From a virus (lineage: Duplodnaviria > Heunggongvirae > Uroviricota > Caudoviricetes), in the IMG/VR virus record IMGVR_UViG_3300021400_005610: DNA of 64,000 nucleotides. The stretch is one strand, 5' to 3'. Under the pieces are notes generated by a model, which saw only the letters and a program-made list of their open reading frames with translations, ran no database searches and had not been told where the DNA came from. Below are positions 53,111 to 63,234 of the stretch, one piece after another. The position numbers and the translations under genes are program-made. Each line of letters starts with the position of its first letter. The first letter of the stretch is position 1.

Positions 53111-55672
53111 ATGTCGGAACACATTGAAGGAATTATTACTCGTTTAGTAAAAGGTACTCCGAAAGCAAACCGTTGGTTTGCAGGTAGTGTTCGTTTATCC
53201 GATGGAAGTTACGTTCGTGTTGCTGGTACAGCTAACGTGCGTGTAAATATAGGAATGACCATTGAGTTTAATGGTGATTTGGTTAGCACCAATTATGGTG
53301 ATCAGTATGAGCCTGTTTCAGGTGAATTGATTCGTCGTCGTTTAGTGACGAAATTTGAAATAATTTCGTTTTTGACGAGTCCTGTTTTTCCTGGTATTGG
53401 TGAGAAATCAGCAAAGCTGATTTATGAGAAATATAAAGACCAAACGATGCCTATGCTGGAACAGCATATGGATCAAGTTATTGCAGATTGTAAGCTGAAT
53501 AAGTCTCAAGCTGCTGGTTTGGTCAAAGGTATTTCTTCTACTTCTGGTTTGGCAAAGCTGAAGTATACATTTCCGCATATGAAGCAGTATCTTTTGGATA
53601 GAATTTTAGATACTGTCGATGTACGTCATTTGGATGATGTTGTCGATAGGATTTGTAGAAATCCATATACTGCGTTATATGGTGATACTGGTTTCAATGT
53701 GTCATTGTATGATACAGATGAGATTGCCCTTTTGGATGTTGGTTTTGATGAATATGCGAAAGAACGTATTGATTTGGTGGTGTATGCTGCTTTGTCAGAA
53801 TTTATGGGTGACAAGAACGCTACTTACGTGAAGATTGATTATGATCATAATTTTGCGGAATATACTTGGTTTTTTAACAAGTATGTTCGTGCGGTTAGAC
53901 TTTTCAAGCCGTTGCCGATATATTGGGATGGCATGTTGTTTGATGCCAACTGTTTAGCTATGAAGTTTCAACAGTATTGGGATGATATTCATAGTTTTTC
54001 GTCCTGTGTTTGTTCGGATAGACGAATCAACCCTGATGGAACAGGGGAGTTTGATTTGTATCAGAAGAAAATTTATTTGGCAGAAAAGTCTTTAGTGGAA
54101 CAAATCAATCGTTCTTACAATGATACGATGAATACGGCTTATATGAAGAGAACGGTTAAGTTCGTTCAATGGTATAAGGCGATGAAAGCGGAAGGTGTTT
54201 ACACAAACACGAATCCTGATCAAGATCAAGTTGCTGCTGTAAGGCAAGTATTTGGTTCTTGTATGTCATTTTTGTCAGGCGGACCTGGTCGTGGTAAGAC
54301 CGCAACCATTGGTTTTTTGATTAATGCGTGGAAACAGTCTGTTGGTAATCATATTCTGTTGCTTGCACCTACAGGTAAGGCTGTGAATAAGGTGAAGGAT
54401 GCAACGAAGTACGTGAATGCTGAGACCATTCGTCGTTTCATTTTAATCAATAAATTGAAACGTACTAAAGATTCAGATTATATCTTGGATATGTATGGCG
54501 ATAAGATGCCTATTGGTCTGAATACATTAGTTGTTATTGATGAAACGTCCATGTTGGACTTTGTGGAAGCAAGCGATCTGTTGTCTGTTATTGACGGTTG
54601 TACGATTGTGTTTTCTGGTGATAAGGATCAGTTATCTCCGATTAGTCCTGGTTCATTTCTTTCGGAAATGTTGGATAGTCATAAGATTAATCTGTCTCTT
54701 TTGACACATAACTATCGTACTGATGTCCCTGAGTTGGGCGAGAATGCAGATAAGATATTAGCTGGTTGTAAGGTTACGGATTTGACTTTGACAGATAATT
54801 TTAGTATTATTCCATCAAAGGAACGTGCGGATGATGGCGGTTTGTCGCCAGCTGAAAAGTACATTCTGAATGAATATGCTGATCGCATGGCAGAAGGTGC
54901 TGATTTTTCGGACATTCTTGTTGTTGCGCCATTTACGAATAGTAAGTATGGTTTGTCAGCAGGCCATTTGAATTATGTCTTACAGGCAAGATTTAATCCA
55001 CAAGATGATAAGGCGTATTATAAGTATGGCCAGGATGATTACGGACGGTATATCGATAAGAGAGGTAAGGAATGCCCTGTCTTAGATAAGTCTGGTAATC
55101 GTGTGCGTCTTGGTGATCGTGTTATTAACAATCGTAATAACATGGATGCGTCTTGGCATAGTTTTAAGAATGATAATGTTGGTTACGAATCGTCTTTGGA
55201 CGATCCAATAGATAGTGCGATTAACACGGGTGTGTTTAATGGCGATATGGGTACCATCGAGCGTTATTACGAAGCAACGGATTCTGATGGTCCGAGGATT
55301 TTGGTCTGTTTGGATCAGCTTTCTCCGTATGGAAAGCGTCGTTATGTGTGGGTTGATTGCGAGTCTGATTTTCATGGTGTATGGCATTTAGCCGATTGGA
55401 CTTTAGGTTATGCACTTAGCGTACACAAAGCACAGGGTAGTGAGGCTCGCCATGTAATTGTGGCTTTATCTGAAGAAGGTTATAAAGCCGTCAGTTGGCG
55501 TGTTATGAATGGTTCAGCTCCATTCTTGACGAGAAACATGTTGTATACAGCTGTGACTCGTGCAAAAGAATCAGTACGGATTATCGGTAGTTTAGTTGCG
55601 TTGCAAGCTTGTTTAGATATGCCGTATTACTACTGTAATGTTCGTTTGGCTGAGGCGTTAGATAAAGCATAA
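53111..55672 (+). CDS. RecD2-like superfamily-1 DNA helicase
   Basis: Walker A SGGPGRGKTATIG and Walker B VVIDETSMLD. The C-terminal VHKAQGSEARHVIV is a RecD/TraA-like motif. The N-terminal ~300 aa extension includes an HhH-like segment. Confidence 0.85.
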   Translation: MSEHIEGIITRLVKGTPKANRWFAGSVRLSDGSYVRVAGTANVRVNIGMTIEFNGDLVSTNYGDQYEPVSGELIRRRLVTKFEIISFLTSPVFPGIGEKSAKLIYEKYKDQTMPMLEQHMDQVIADCKLNKSQAAGLVKGISSTSGLAKLKYTFPHMKQYLLDRILDTVDVRHLDDVVDRICRNPYTALYGDTGFNVSLYDTDEIALLDVGFDEYAKERIDLVVYAALSEFMGDKNATYVKIDYDHNFAEYTWFFNKYVRAVRLFKPLPIYWDGMLFDANCLAMKFQQYWDDIHSFSSCVCSDRRINPDGTGEFDLYQKKIYLAEKSLVEQINRSYNDTMNTAYMKRTVKFVQWYKAMKAEGVYTNTNPDQDQVAAVRQVFGSCMSFLSGGPGRGKTATIGFLINAWKQSVGNHILLLAPTGKAVNKVKDATKYVNAETIRRFILINKLKRTKDSDYILDMYGDKMPIGLNTLVVIDETSMLDFVEASDLLSVIDGCTIVFSGDKDQLSPISPGSFLSEMLDSHKINLSLLTHNYRTDVPELGENADKILAGCKVTDLTLTDNFSIIPSKERADDGGLSPAEKYILNEYADRMAEGADFSDILVVAPFTNSKYGLSAGHLNYVLQARFNPQDDKAYYKYGQDDYGRYIDKRGKECPVLDKSGNRVRLGDRVINNRNNMDASWHSFKNDNVGYESSLDDPIDSAINTGVFNGDMGTIERYYEATDSDGPRILVCLDQLSPYGKRRYVWVDCESDFHGVWHLADWTLGYALSVHKAQGSEARHVIVALSEEGYKAVSWRVMNGSAPFLTRNMLYTAVTRAKESVRIIGSLVALQACLDMPYYYCNVRLAEALDKA

Positions 55673-55692
55673 AGTTTGGAGGTTTGTGATTA

Positions 55693-57075
55693 ATGGCTGA
55701 TGTTTTTATAAGAGATGATAATTCGCTTGATGATTCTCAAGCGTATTACAAAGTAAAGATTAAGAAAGCATGGTTTCGTGGTCGAGACGTTTTTACGGAA
55801 CGACTGCATTACTATGAAAAGCAGTTGATTCGCAATCCTGTTGTGTATATTCCGCTGAATGCAGGAAATATGATTTATACCATGATGCACCGTCTTGAGA
55901 CGGGTGTTGAATGGGAAAAGCAGGCGGCTCTTATGGCATCGTATAGAAATCTGGTGTATCGTTTGTCGTACACACAGGTTTCTTGGCATAAGGATGATGC
56001 TCAATTTATTGTTTTTGAGGGTCAGAAGTCTGACGTTATGTGGTCTATGGCTTTCATCACGCAGGTCTTCTTTGAAGATCCTATGCTGTGTATGACGATT
56101 CCATCTCGTCCAGACGAACCTGTGATTGCGTTTGCAATTCAGAATGGTGAGTATGTTGGTAAGAACGCTGTGATTTCACAGAAGACAAATGCTCTTCCAG
56201 ACATTTGGTCTACAGAAGCGGCGGGTGTTGTTACTGATGATATGCAGTATGATCCGACACATGAACCACAAGGTGGCGAAGTATTTGCTATTCCTGATGG
56301 TCGTATTGCTCAGTATATTCGTATGGATGAACGGTTCTATCATGCGAATCGTACAGGTCCAAAGACCGATGCTATTACACGGCATAACATTTCTGCGAGT
56401 CTTATTAAAGACTTTGAAGACCTTATTTATTCGCAGACAAAGACTGCGTTTGATGTCTATCAGTTGCGTTATGTAGCGTTCATGAATAAGGTACATGATT
56501 TGGAAAACAAGCTTGGCGGTTTGGAAATTACATGTTATGATGTGCTGCCTATCGCTGAGAGAGGTTTGCCACTTGCGTCTATTGATACGATTTCCCGTAC
56601 CAATTCTTTGGATTGTAACTCTTTGAAATACATTTTGGATTCTATTCAACGAGATGGTGTGGAGGAGTCTGAGCGAAAGATGATTGCGAAGAATGCGGCT
56701 CGATCTGTGTCGATGCGTCAGAAAGGATACGAAGATGAATATCGTATGTATTTAGCGACAGGTACGCCTGAGAATCTGGCTGCTGAAATGTATAAACGTA
56801 TGATTTCTGAATTGTATAATGATTTCGCTCGTTTGGATGCTATTAGAGCATTTGGTTTCTCTCCAAATATTTATCGTGATTTGTGTAATGTGCCTGCATC
56901 AGGTGGTCCTGTTATGACAGACTGGGAGCGTCAGCGTATTCGTCTGTTTGGCAAAGGTTATTTGGACTTTTTGAATTATCAGATTAAGATGAGTCAAAAT
57001 AAGGCAAAAGGTCGTGTTTGGGTAGAAGCAAAGCGTCTTTTAGATGCCCGATTTATGAGGGCTGTTCGAAAATAG
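55693..57075 (+). CDS. hypothetical protein co-transcribed with helicase
   Basis: 460 aa. Starts 21 nt after the helicase stop with a GGAGG RBS. No recognisable motifs. Confidence 0.5.
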   Translation: MADVFIRDDNSLDDSQAYYKVKIKKAWFRGRDVFTERLHYYEKQLIRNPVVYIPLNAGNMIYTMMHRLETGVEWEKQAALMASYRNLVYRLSYTQVSWHKDDAQFIVFEGQKSDVMWSMAFITQVFFEDPMLCMTIPSRPDEPVIAFAIQNGEYVGKNAVISQKTNALPDIWSTEAAGVVTDDMQYDPTHEPQGGEVFAIPDGRIAQYIRMDERFYHANRTGPKTDAITRHNISASLIKDFEDLIYSQTKTAFDVYQLRYVAFMNKVHDLENKLGGLEITCYDVLPIAERGLPLASIDTISRTNSLDCNSLKYILDSIQRDGVEESERKMIAKNAARSVSMRQKGYEDEYRMYLATGTPENLAAEMYKRMISELYNDFARLDAIRAFGFSPNIYRDLCNVPASGGPVMTDWERQRIRLFGKGYLDFLNYQIKMSQNKAKGRVWVEAKRLLDARFMRAVRK

Positions 57076-57175
57076 TTTGACTATTTAAGAAAAAGCGGTT
57101 GATATATGAATAAAATCGTGTTATACTTTCCTGTGAAAATGTTGGTTTTGACAACAAGAAGGGAGTTGAATCACG

Positions 57176-57367
57176 ATGGGCATTGGACATAAACTTTTGC
57201 TTGTTACTTGTGGTGTCGGATTAGGATTCGGCCTTGCAAAATTACTTGATAATGTGTGTGTCATCAAAATTGAAGATGATGACAAAGAAGTTCCTGATGA
57301 GGAACTGGAAGATGAAGATGATTCTATCTTTGAAAACGAAGAGGGAAAAACGACTGCGGAAGCGTAA
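57176..57367 (+). CDS. small membrane/acidic-tail peptide
   Basis: 63 aa with an AAGGGAG RBS. One hydrophobic helix is followed by a poly-acidic tail. Confidence 0.45.
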   Translation: MGIGHKLLLVTCGVGLGFGLAKLLDNVCVIKIEDDDKEVPDEELEDEDDSIFENEEGKTTAEA

Positions 57368-57477
57368 ACGCTCCGTGTCTGGTTGGCGAATGTCAGAGGG
57401 GGCAGCGGGTTACGTATCACTGCCCCTCTCTTTATCGCAAAAAAAAAAATACGCAGTAGTTGGAAAGGATGTTAGAC

Positions 57478-60051
57478 ATGCCAAAGAAAGATCATAAGGT
57501 ATCGTCCAATGGACAACAGGGTGGTAAATCATCTTCGGTTCGTATTAAGAGCTGGGATGATTGGTTTAATCTTTGTGGCACGTTAATTGCTGATTTACAA
57601 GCGTATGAAAAGTTAATGCAAGAGTATTATTTTGATACTCAGTATCAGAATGATAGTGACTCACAACATGCTGCGCAGTTAGCTTATCAATCAAAGCATA
57701 ATAAACGATTCTTTGAGTCGGATAGGCAGATTCCGAAATGGATGCAGACAAAAGCTTTGACGAGCGGTGCGGTTGGTGTAGTTGTTGGTCTTGTTGTTGC
57801 AGCTTTTCTTAGTATTATAGCTGGTATGAAAGCAACTGGTGGTATAGCTTTCACTGGTTTCGGTTGGCGTGCTATTGTATTTGGACTGATTTTTGGTGGC
57901 TTGTTCGGTTATCTGCCGATTTTCTTACATAAGAACAAGTTACGGAAGATTTTCTCACAGATGCGGGTTATCGAAGATCGTATCTCAGATAAGATTACGT
58001 ATATTCCGCCGAAATATAGAAATAGTCAATCTGTCAATACCTTTTACGATTTGTATTGTAGTTATGGTATTGTGACGTTCAATCAGGCAATTGAAGCTTG
58101 TGATGATTATCTGACGAGCAACAATTTGGTTGGTGCATATATGGCGGAATTATTTGATTTGCCTTATATGAACGGTTTATCTGCAGATGAACGTAATGGT
58201 TTTGATAAAGATGAGGCTCTGAAAGATCCGAATCTTCCTGATGATATTGCAAGCAAAACCTTTACTGGTGTTGAGAATGCAGACGAACAGTTGGATGCAT
58301 TGATTGGTCTTTCCAATGTGAAAGAACAGATTCGTCAGATGAAGAACCGTATGAATTTTTATGGTTCAAAAGGAACTGCAGATAGTATTTCAGGAAATCA
58401 TATGGTCTTCCTTGGCCCTCCAGGTACAGGTAAAACGACAGTTGCTCGTATCATCACACGTATTCTTTATGACTTTGGTTATATCAAAGAGAATAAATGC
58501 GTCGAGATTGACGGTGGATATTTGAAGTCTCCGTATTCTGGTCAGACAACAGAACGTGCAAATGCGATTATTAAATACGCATTGGGTGGTGTTTTGTTGA
58601 TTGATGAAGCTTATATTTTGACTGAGGATAAGAATGGTTCTCAGGGTGCCGAGGCTGTTGGTGTTCTGTTGAAAGCAATGGAAGATCATAAGAATGACTT
58701 CGTTTGTATTCTTGCTGGTTATGAGGACAATATGAATAGAATGTTGGCTTCAAACGAAGGTTTCCAGTCTCGTATTAAATATAAGATTTATTTTGAGAAT
58801 TTCACTGTTGATGAAATGGGTGAGATTTTCCGTCAGCTTATGAAGAAGGGAAGTTCCCATAGGTATAAGATTGAGAAAGAAGCATTTGAGACGTTGAAAC
58901 AGCATTTTGCTCGTGAGCGTCGTATTGCTGGTTTCGGTAATGCTCGTGTTGTTCGTACTGCGTGGGATTCCATCTTGGATGTTCATGCTGATCGTTATAT
59001 GCGGAAGGAAGTAGACGAAGAGCACAAGTTTGTTATTACGAAGGAAGATATTGAGCAATATACAGAGGTTCGTCGTAAACAGATGGTGGAAGACGGACGT
59101 AACTTTATTGCAAGTCGTAATCTTGATTCGACGGTTATTTCTCTGACTGAGTTAAAGCAGAAGACAAAGCCTGGTTCAGAGGATCCTGATAAGGACCTTG
59201 CTGCCTTGACAGGTTTGAATGTGGTTAAGGATGAGATCAAGCGTATGAAGGCGCAGTTTGCTTTCTATGATGGTAATCTTGAAAACAATGGTTACCACAT
59301 GGTATTCCTTGGTCCTCCTGGAACGGGTAAGACGACTGTTGCTGGTATCATGACTGGTTATCTGTATCAGATGGGCTTGATTCAGGAGAACAGTTATGTT
59401 GATATCAACGGTGATTTCTTGAGAGGTATGTATCTTGGACATACTGGTAAGCGTACAGAAGCTGTTGTTCAGTATGCACAAGGAATGGTTTTGTTTGTTG
59501 ATGAAGCATATTTGCTGACGTCATCTGGCGGTCAGTCTGACTCGTTTGGTCAGGAAGCTGTTGGTGTATTGATTGATGCGATGGAGAAGTATCGTCATAA
59601 TTTTGTGGTTATTTTTGCGGGTTATGAAAAGGAAATGTCTAATTTCTTAGATATGAACTCAGGTCTTCGTAGCCGTATCAATCTGGAATTCCATTTTGAA
59701 TCTTATACACCACATGAACTTGCTGGCATGTTTAGGAATGTTGCTAAGAATGAAGGATTTACGGTTGCTAAGGATGTTTGGGTTCCGATGCAACGCTACT
59801 TTAAGGATAAAGTGGCTGATCCGAAGTTTGGTAATGGTCGTTTCGTTCGTCAGTTCTTTGAGTCAATGAAGAAGCAGCATATTTTGAATTTTGCTGATGG
59901 CATGTATAGTGCCGATGAAAAGTATGTGTTTACATTAGACGATTTGAAGTCTGTTATCGATGCTGATACGGCTTTGACGGAACCAACGCCATATAATGAA
60001 TCTGCAAATGGTTCAGCATATGGTGGGGAAGAGGGTAACGATATTGTATGA
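57478..60051 (+). CDS. membrane-anchored tandem AAA+ ATPase (two SpoVK/CbbX-like modules)
   Basis: Two hydrophobic helices around aa 95-160. Module 1 has Walker A MVFLGPPGTGKTTVARI and Walker B LLIDEAY. Module 2 has MVFLGPPGTGKTTVAGI and LFVDEAY. GGAAAGGA RBS precedes ATG 57478 (the track starts at in-frame TTG 57460). Confidence 0.8.
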   Translation: MPKKDHKVSSNGQQGGKSSSVRIKSWDDWFNLCGTLIADLQAYEKLMQEYYFDTQYQNDSDSQHAAQLAYQSKHNKRFFESDRQIPKWMQTKALTSGAVGVVVGLVVAAFLSIIAGMKATGGIAFTGFGWRAIVFGLIFGGLFGYLPIFLHKNKLRKIFSQMRVIEDRISDKITYIPPKYRNSQSVNTFYDLYCSYGIVTFNQAIEACDDYLTSNNLVGAYMAELFDLPYMNGLSADERNGFDKDEALKDPNLPDDIASKTFTGVENADEQLDALIGLSNVKEQIRQMKNRMNFYGSKGTADSISGNHMVFLGPPGTGKTTVARIITRILYDFGYIKENKCVEIDGGYLKSPYSGQTTERANAIIKYALGGVLLIDEAYILTEDKNGSQGAEAVGVLLKAMEDHKNDFVCILAGYEDNMNRMLASNEGFQSRIKYKIYFENFTVDEMGEIFRQLMKKGSSHRYKIEKEAFETLKQHFARERRIAGFGNARVVRTAWDSILDVHADRYMRKEVDEEHKFVITKEDIEQYTEVRRKQMVEDGRNFIASRNLDSTVISLTELKQKTKPGSEDPDKDLAALTGLNVVKDEIKRMKAQFAFYDGNLENNGYHMVFLGPPGTGKTTVAGIMTGYLYQMGLIQENSYVDINGDFLRGMYLGHTGKRTEAVVQYAQGMVLFVDEAYLLTSSGGQSDSFGQEAVGVLIDAMEKYRHNFVVIFAGYEKEMSNFLDMNSGLRSRINLEFHFESYTPHELAGMFRNVAKNEGFTVAKDVWVPMQRYFKDKVADPKFGNGRFVRQFFESMKKQHILNFADGMYSADEKYVFTLDDLKSVIDADTALTEPTPYNESANGSAYGGEEGNDIV

Positions 60052-60530
60052 CATCGACATTAGAGTTCCAAACGGTTGCTAAACAGTGGTTATATAATGA
60101 GAAGATTGAGCAGATGCGAGATCTGGAGCATCATAGAGGAACTACTATTTATGATCATGTGTGTCATGTAGCTCAAAAGAGTTATAATTTTGCTAAGCGC
60201 TGTCCGTTCCATGTGGATACGGACAGTGTCTTAACAATCGCATTCTTGCATGATTATTTTCTGTATGATAGGAAGGTTCCGCATAGCAGGTTGTATCATA
60301 GTTATCGACATCCTGTGATTGCTGCAGAAAATGCATTGCGTGATTTTAATATAGGGAAAAAAGAATATCTTGGTATTCTTACACATATGTGGCCTCAGGT
60401 GCCTTGGTTGTTTCCACGAAGTAGGGAGGCTTGGATTGTTTGCTTTGCCGACAAAGTGTGTGCGATTCAAGAATATGCAAGACGTGATTGTGCACGGAAT
60501 CGTAAAGTCCAGAAAAAACCTCATAAATGA
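60048..60530 (+). CDS. HD-domain phosphohydrolase
   Basis: H..H (HRGTTIYDHVCHV) and the HD motif (AFLHDY). The start ATG overlaps the AAA+ stop (ATGA), implying translational coupling. Confidence 0.7.
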   Translation: MTSTLEFQTVAKQWLYNEKIEQMRDLEHHRGTTIYDHVCHVAQKSYNFAKRCPFHVDTDSVLTIAFLHDYFLYDRKVPHSRLYHSYRHPVIAAENALRDFNIGKKEYLGILTHMWPQVPWLFPRSREAWIVCFADKVCAIQEYARRDCARNRKVQKKPHK

Positions 60531-60634
60531 GGTGAAAATACTGGACTTTATTTTAATTATCTGATATAATGTATATGAACCTATGATGAAATATTCTTGT
60601 GAAAACAAGTTTTGTGTTAGAGGAGTTTTGAAAT

Positions 60635-63064
60635 ATGGCCGTTGATTTAAAAAGTGTTGATAGCAAGAGCAGGTATATGCTTAAAAGAGATATGTCTCTT
60701 TTAAAGAAGGTAAATGATTTATCTGATTCGATTAGCAGTATGACCGATGACGGTTTGCGTGAATTGGCAAGAGATTTGCGTAAGCGTTCACTTCGTTGTA
60801 AATCTTTGGATGAATTGTTACCTGAAGCGTTTGCGTTGGTGCGTGAAGCGTCTCTGCGTACAACAGGTTTGTATCCTTATGATGTTCAGATTCTTGGTGG
60901 AATTGAACTCTATCGAGGACGTATTGCTGAGATGAAAACAGGTGAAGGTAAAACTCTCGTTGCTGCTATGCCGTCATTTTTAATGGCTTTGTCGGGAAAA
61001 GGCGTACATGTGGTTACGGTCAATGATTATTTGGCAAAGCGTGATGCTGCAGACATTGGACGAATTCATACGTTCCTTGGATTGAGTGTTGGTTGTGTAA
61101 CAAACGATACTAATCCGACTGACCGTAAGAAAGCATATCAGTGCGATATCACGTATGTGACAAACACAGAACTTGGGTTTGATTATTTGCGTGATAATAT
61201 GGTTGTAAAGCCTGAGCGTAGAGTTCAGAGAGGTTTGCATTATTGTATCATTGATGAGGTCGATTCAATTTTGATTGATGAGGCTCGTACACCTTTGATT
61301 ATTTCTGGAGCACAGACGAAAGAAATGAATATCTATCAGCATTGTGATATGATTGCTAGTATGCTGGTGAAGGGCAAGAAAAGTCCTGAAGTTTCAAAGG
61401 TTGATATGATTTCTGGTGTTCGTGAACAAGAAGAAGGCGATTATATCGTCGATGAGAAGGAACATACGGTTCATTTGACAGATGCAGGTGTTGCAAAAGT
61501 CGAAAAAATGCTTGGTATTTCAAATTATTCTTCTGATCGATATGGTGACGTGAGACACCATTTACAGATGGCTTTGCAAGCACATGGTTTGATGCATCGA
61601 GATAAAGATTATATCGTGCGTGATGGCGAGGTTGTTATTGTTGATGAATTCACAGGTCGTGTGATGCCTGGTCGTGTTTTTTCTGATGGTTTACATCAGG
61701 CGATTGAGGCCAAGGAGCACGTAGAGGTTCATCCAGAGACGAACACTTTGGCGACAATCACGTATCAGAATTTCTTTAATAAATATGCCATTAAGTGTGG
61801 AATGACGGGTACGGCGAAGACATCTGCTGAAGAATTTAAGACCATTTATGGCTTGGTCGTTTGTGTTGTGCCGACAAATGTTCCTGTTCGGCGTGTTGAC
61901 GAAGGCGATGTTGTTTTTTTAACACGAGAGGCGAAGCGTAAAGCCGTAGTTAATGAGATTTTAGATGCGTATAAGAGACGACAGCCTGTTTTGGTTGGTA
62001 CTACTACCATTAAGGAATCAGAGATTTTATCAGAACATTTGAAGGCGTTTAATATTCCGCATAATGTTTTAAATGCAAAATATCATAAGCAAGAAGCTGA
62101 GATTATTTCTCATGCTGGTGAGGCTGGTCGTATTACGATTGCTACGAATATGGCTGGTCGAGGAACGGATATTAAGTTGACAGACGAGGCAAAAGAAGCT
62201 GGTGGTCTTTATGTGATTGGTACGGAACGTCATGAGGCTCGTCGTATCGACAATCAGCTGAGGGGTCGTTCTGGTAGGCAGGGGGATCCTGGTAAGTCTA
62301 AGTTCTTTTTGTCTTTAGATGATGATGTAATGAGACTGTTTGGCTCATCTAAGATTTTGGATATGCTGAAGTCGATGGGTCTTGATGAATGGGCACCAAT
62401 TGAACATAAATCAATCACAGGACTTGTTGATAAGGCACAGAAGAAGATTGAAGGTGTTAACTTCGGTATTCGTAAGTCTCTGTTAGATTTTGATGAGGTT
62501 AACAATGAGCAGCGTGAGTTGATTTATGCTCAGAGGAATGCCATCATGAATGGTGGCGATCCATCAAAAGCTATTACCGATATGATGATTGCCGTTGCTT
62601 GTGCAAAAGGTAAGAAGTATTTCGTGAAGAATTCGCCGAAAGAGTGGGATCTTTATCATTTCGGTAAGGATTGGAGCGATGTATTCCCGAAGCAACCTGT
62701 GATTGGAAAGAACAGAGCGAAGATGTTTGACAATTTGGAAGCATCTGTTTATACGCAGTATCAAGAACATTTTGCGGAGTTCGGTACGACAGAGCAGGGT
62801 CGAGAGTCTTTGAGATATGTACTGTTGAAGTGCATTGATCGAAATTGGATCAAACATTTGAATACATTGGAACATTTGAAACAAGCTGTAAATTTTGTTG
62901 GCTATGGTCAGAAAAATCCTGTGACGGTATATCGTGACAAATCGTATGATGCGTTTGAAGATATGCTCAAGACGATTCAGTATGAAACGGCTAAGTTCTG
63001 GTTTGTTATCAGACCGATGGCTGTTGAAGTTGTTTCGGCTGAGGGAAGTTCACCAAAATCATAA
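60635..63064 (+). CDS. secA2: SecA-family translocase ATPase, short form lacking C-terminal Zn-finger tail (SecA2-like)
   Basis: The N-terminus matches SecA DEAD motor motifs (KTGEGKTLVA, TVNDYLAKRDA, DEVDSILIDEARTPLIISG). It is 809 aa and ends without the Cys-rich CTD, like accessory SecA2. AGGAG RBS. Confidence 0.8.
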   Translation: MAVDLKSVDSKSRYMLKRDMSLLKKVNDLSDSISSMTDDGLRELARDLRKRSLRCKSLDELLPEAFALVREASLRTTGLYPYDVQILGGIELYRGRIAEMKTGEGKTLVAAMPSFLMALSGKGVHVVTVNDYLAKRDAADIGRIHTFLGLSVGCVTNDTNPTDRKKAYQCDITYVTNTELGFDYLRDNMVVKPERRVQRGLHYCIIDEVDSILIDEARTPLIISGAQTKEMNIYQHCDMIASMLVKGKKSPEVSKVDMISGVREQEEGDYIVDEKEHTVHLTDAGVAKVEKMLGISNYSSDRYGDVRHHLQMALQAHGLMHRDKDYIVRDGEVVIVDEFTGRVMPGRVFSDGLHQAIEAKEHVEVHPETNTLATITYQNFFNKYAIKCGMTGTAKTSAEEFKTIYGLVVCVVPTNVPVRRVDEGDVVFLTREAKRKAVVNEILDAYKRRQPVLVGTTTIKESEILSEHLKAFNIPHNVLNAKYHKQEAEIISHAGEAGRITIATNMAGRGTDIKLTDEAKEAGGLYVIGTERHEARRIDNQLRGRSGRQGDPGKSKFFLSLDDDVMRLFGSSKILDMLKSMGLDEWAPIEHKSITGLVDKAQKKIEGVNFGIRKSLLDFDEVNNEQRELIYAQRNAIMNGGDPSKAITDMMIAVACAKGKKYFVKNSPKEWDLYHFGKDWSDVFPKQPVIGKNRAKMFDNLEASVYTQYQEHFAEFGTTEQGRESLRYVLLKCIDRNWIKHLNTLEHLKQAVNFVGYGQKNPVTVYRDKSYDAFEDMLKTIQYETAKFWFVIRPMAVEVVSAEGSSPKS

Positions 63065-63234
63065 TAAGTTTCGTCTTAGTATAGCCCCATGGAACTTTTT
63101 GTTCTCTGGGGCTAATTTTTTATCATTCTTAACATTATTTCTTATTGATTTATCACAGTTTTTGTGGTAAACTTCAGCTTGTAGAAACCCTGTGAAAATC
63201 TAATACATCATCATTCTTGGAAGGAGATAGTGCT

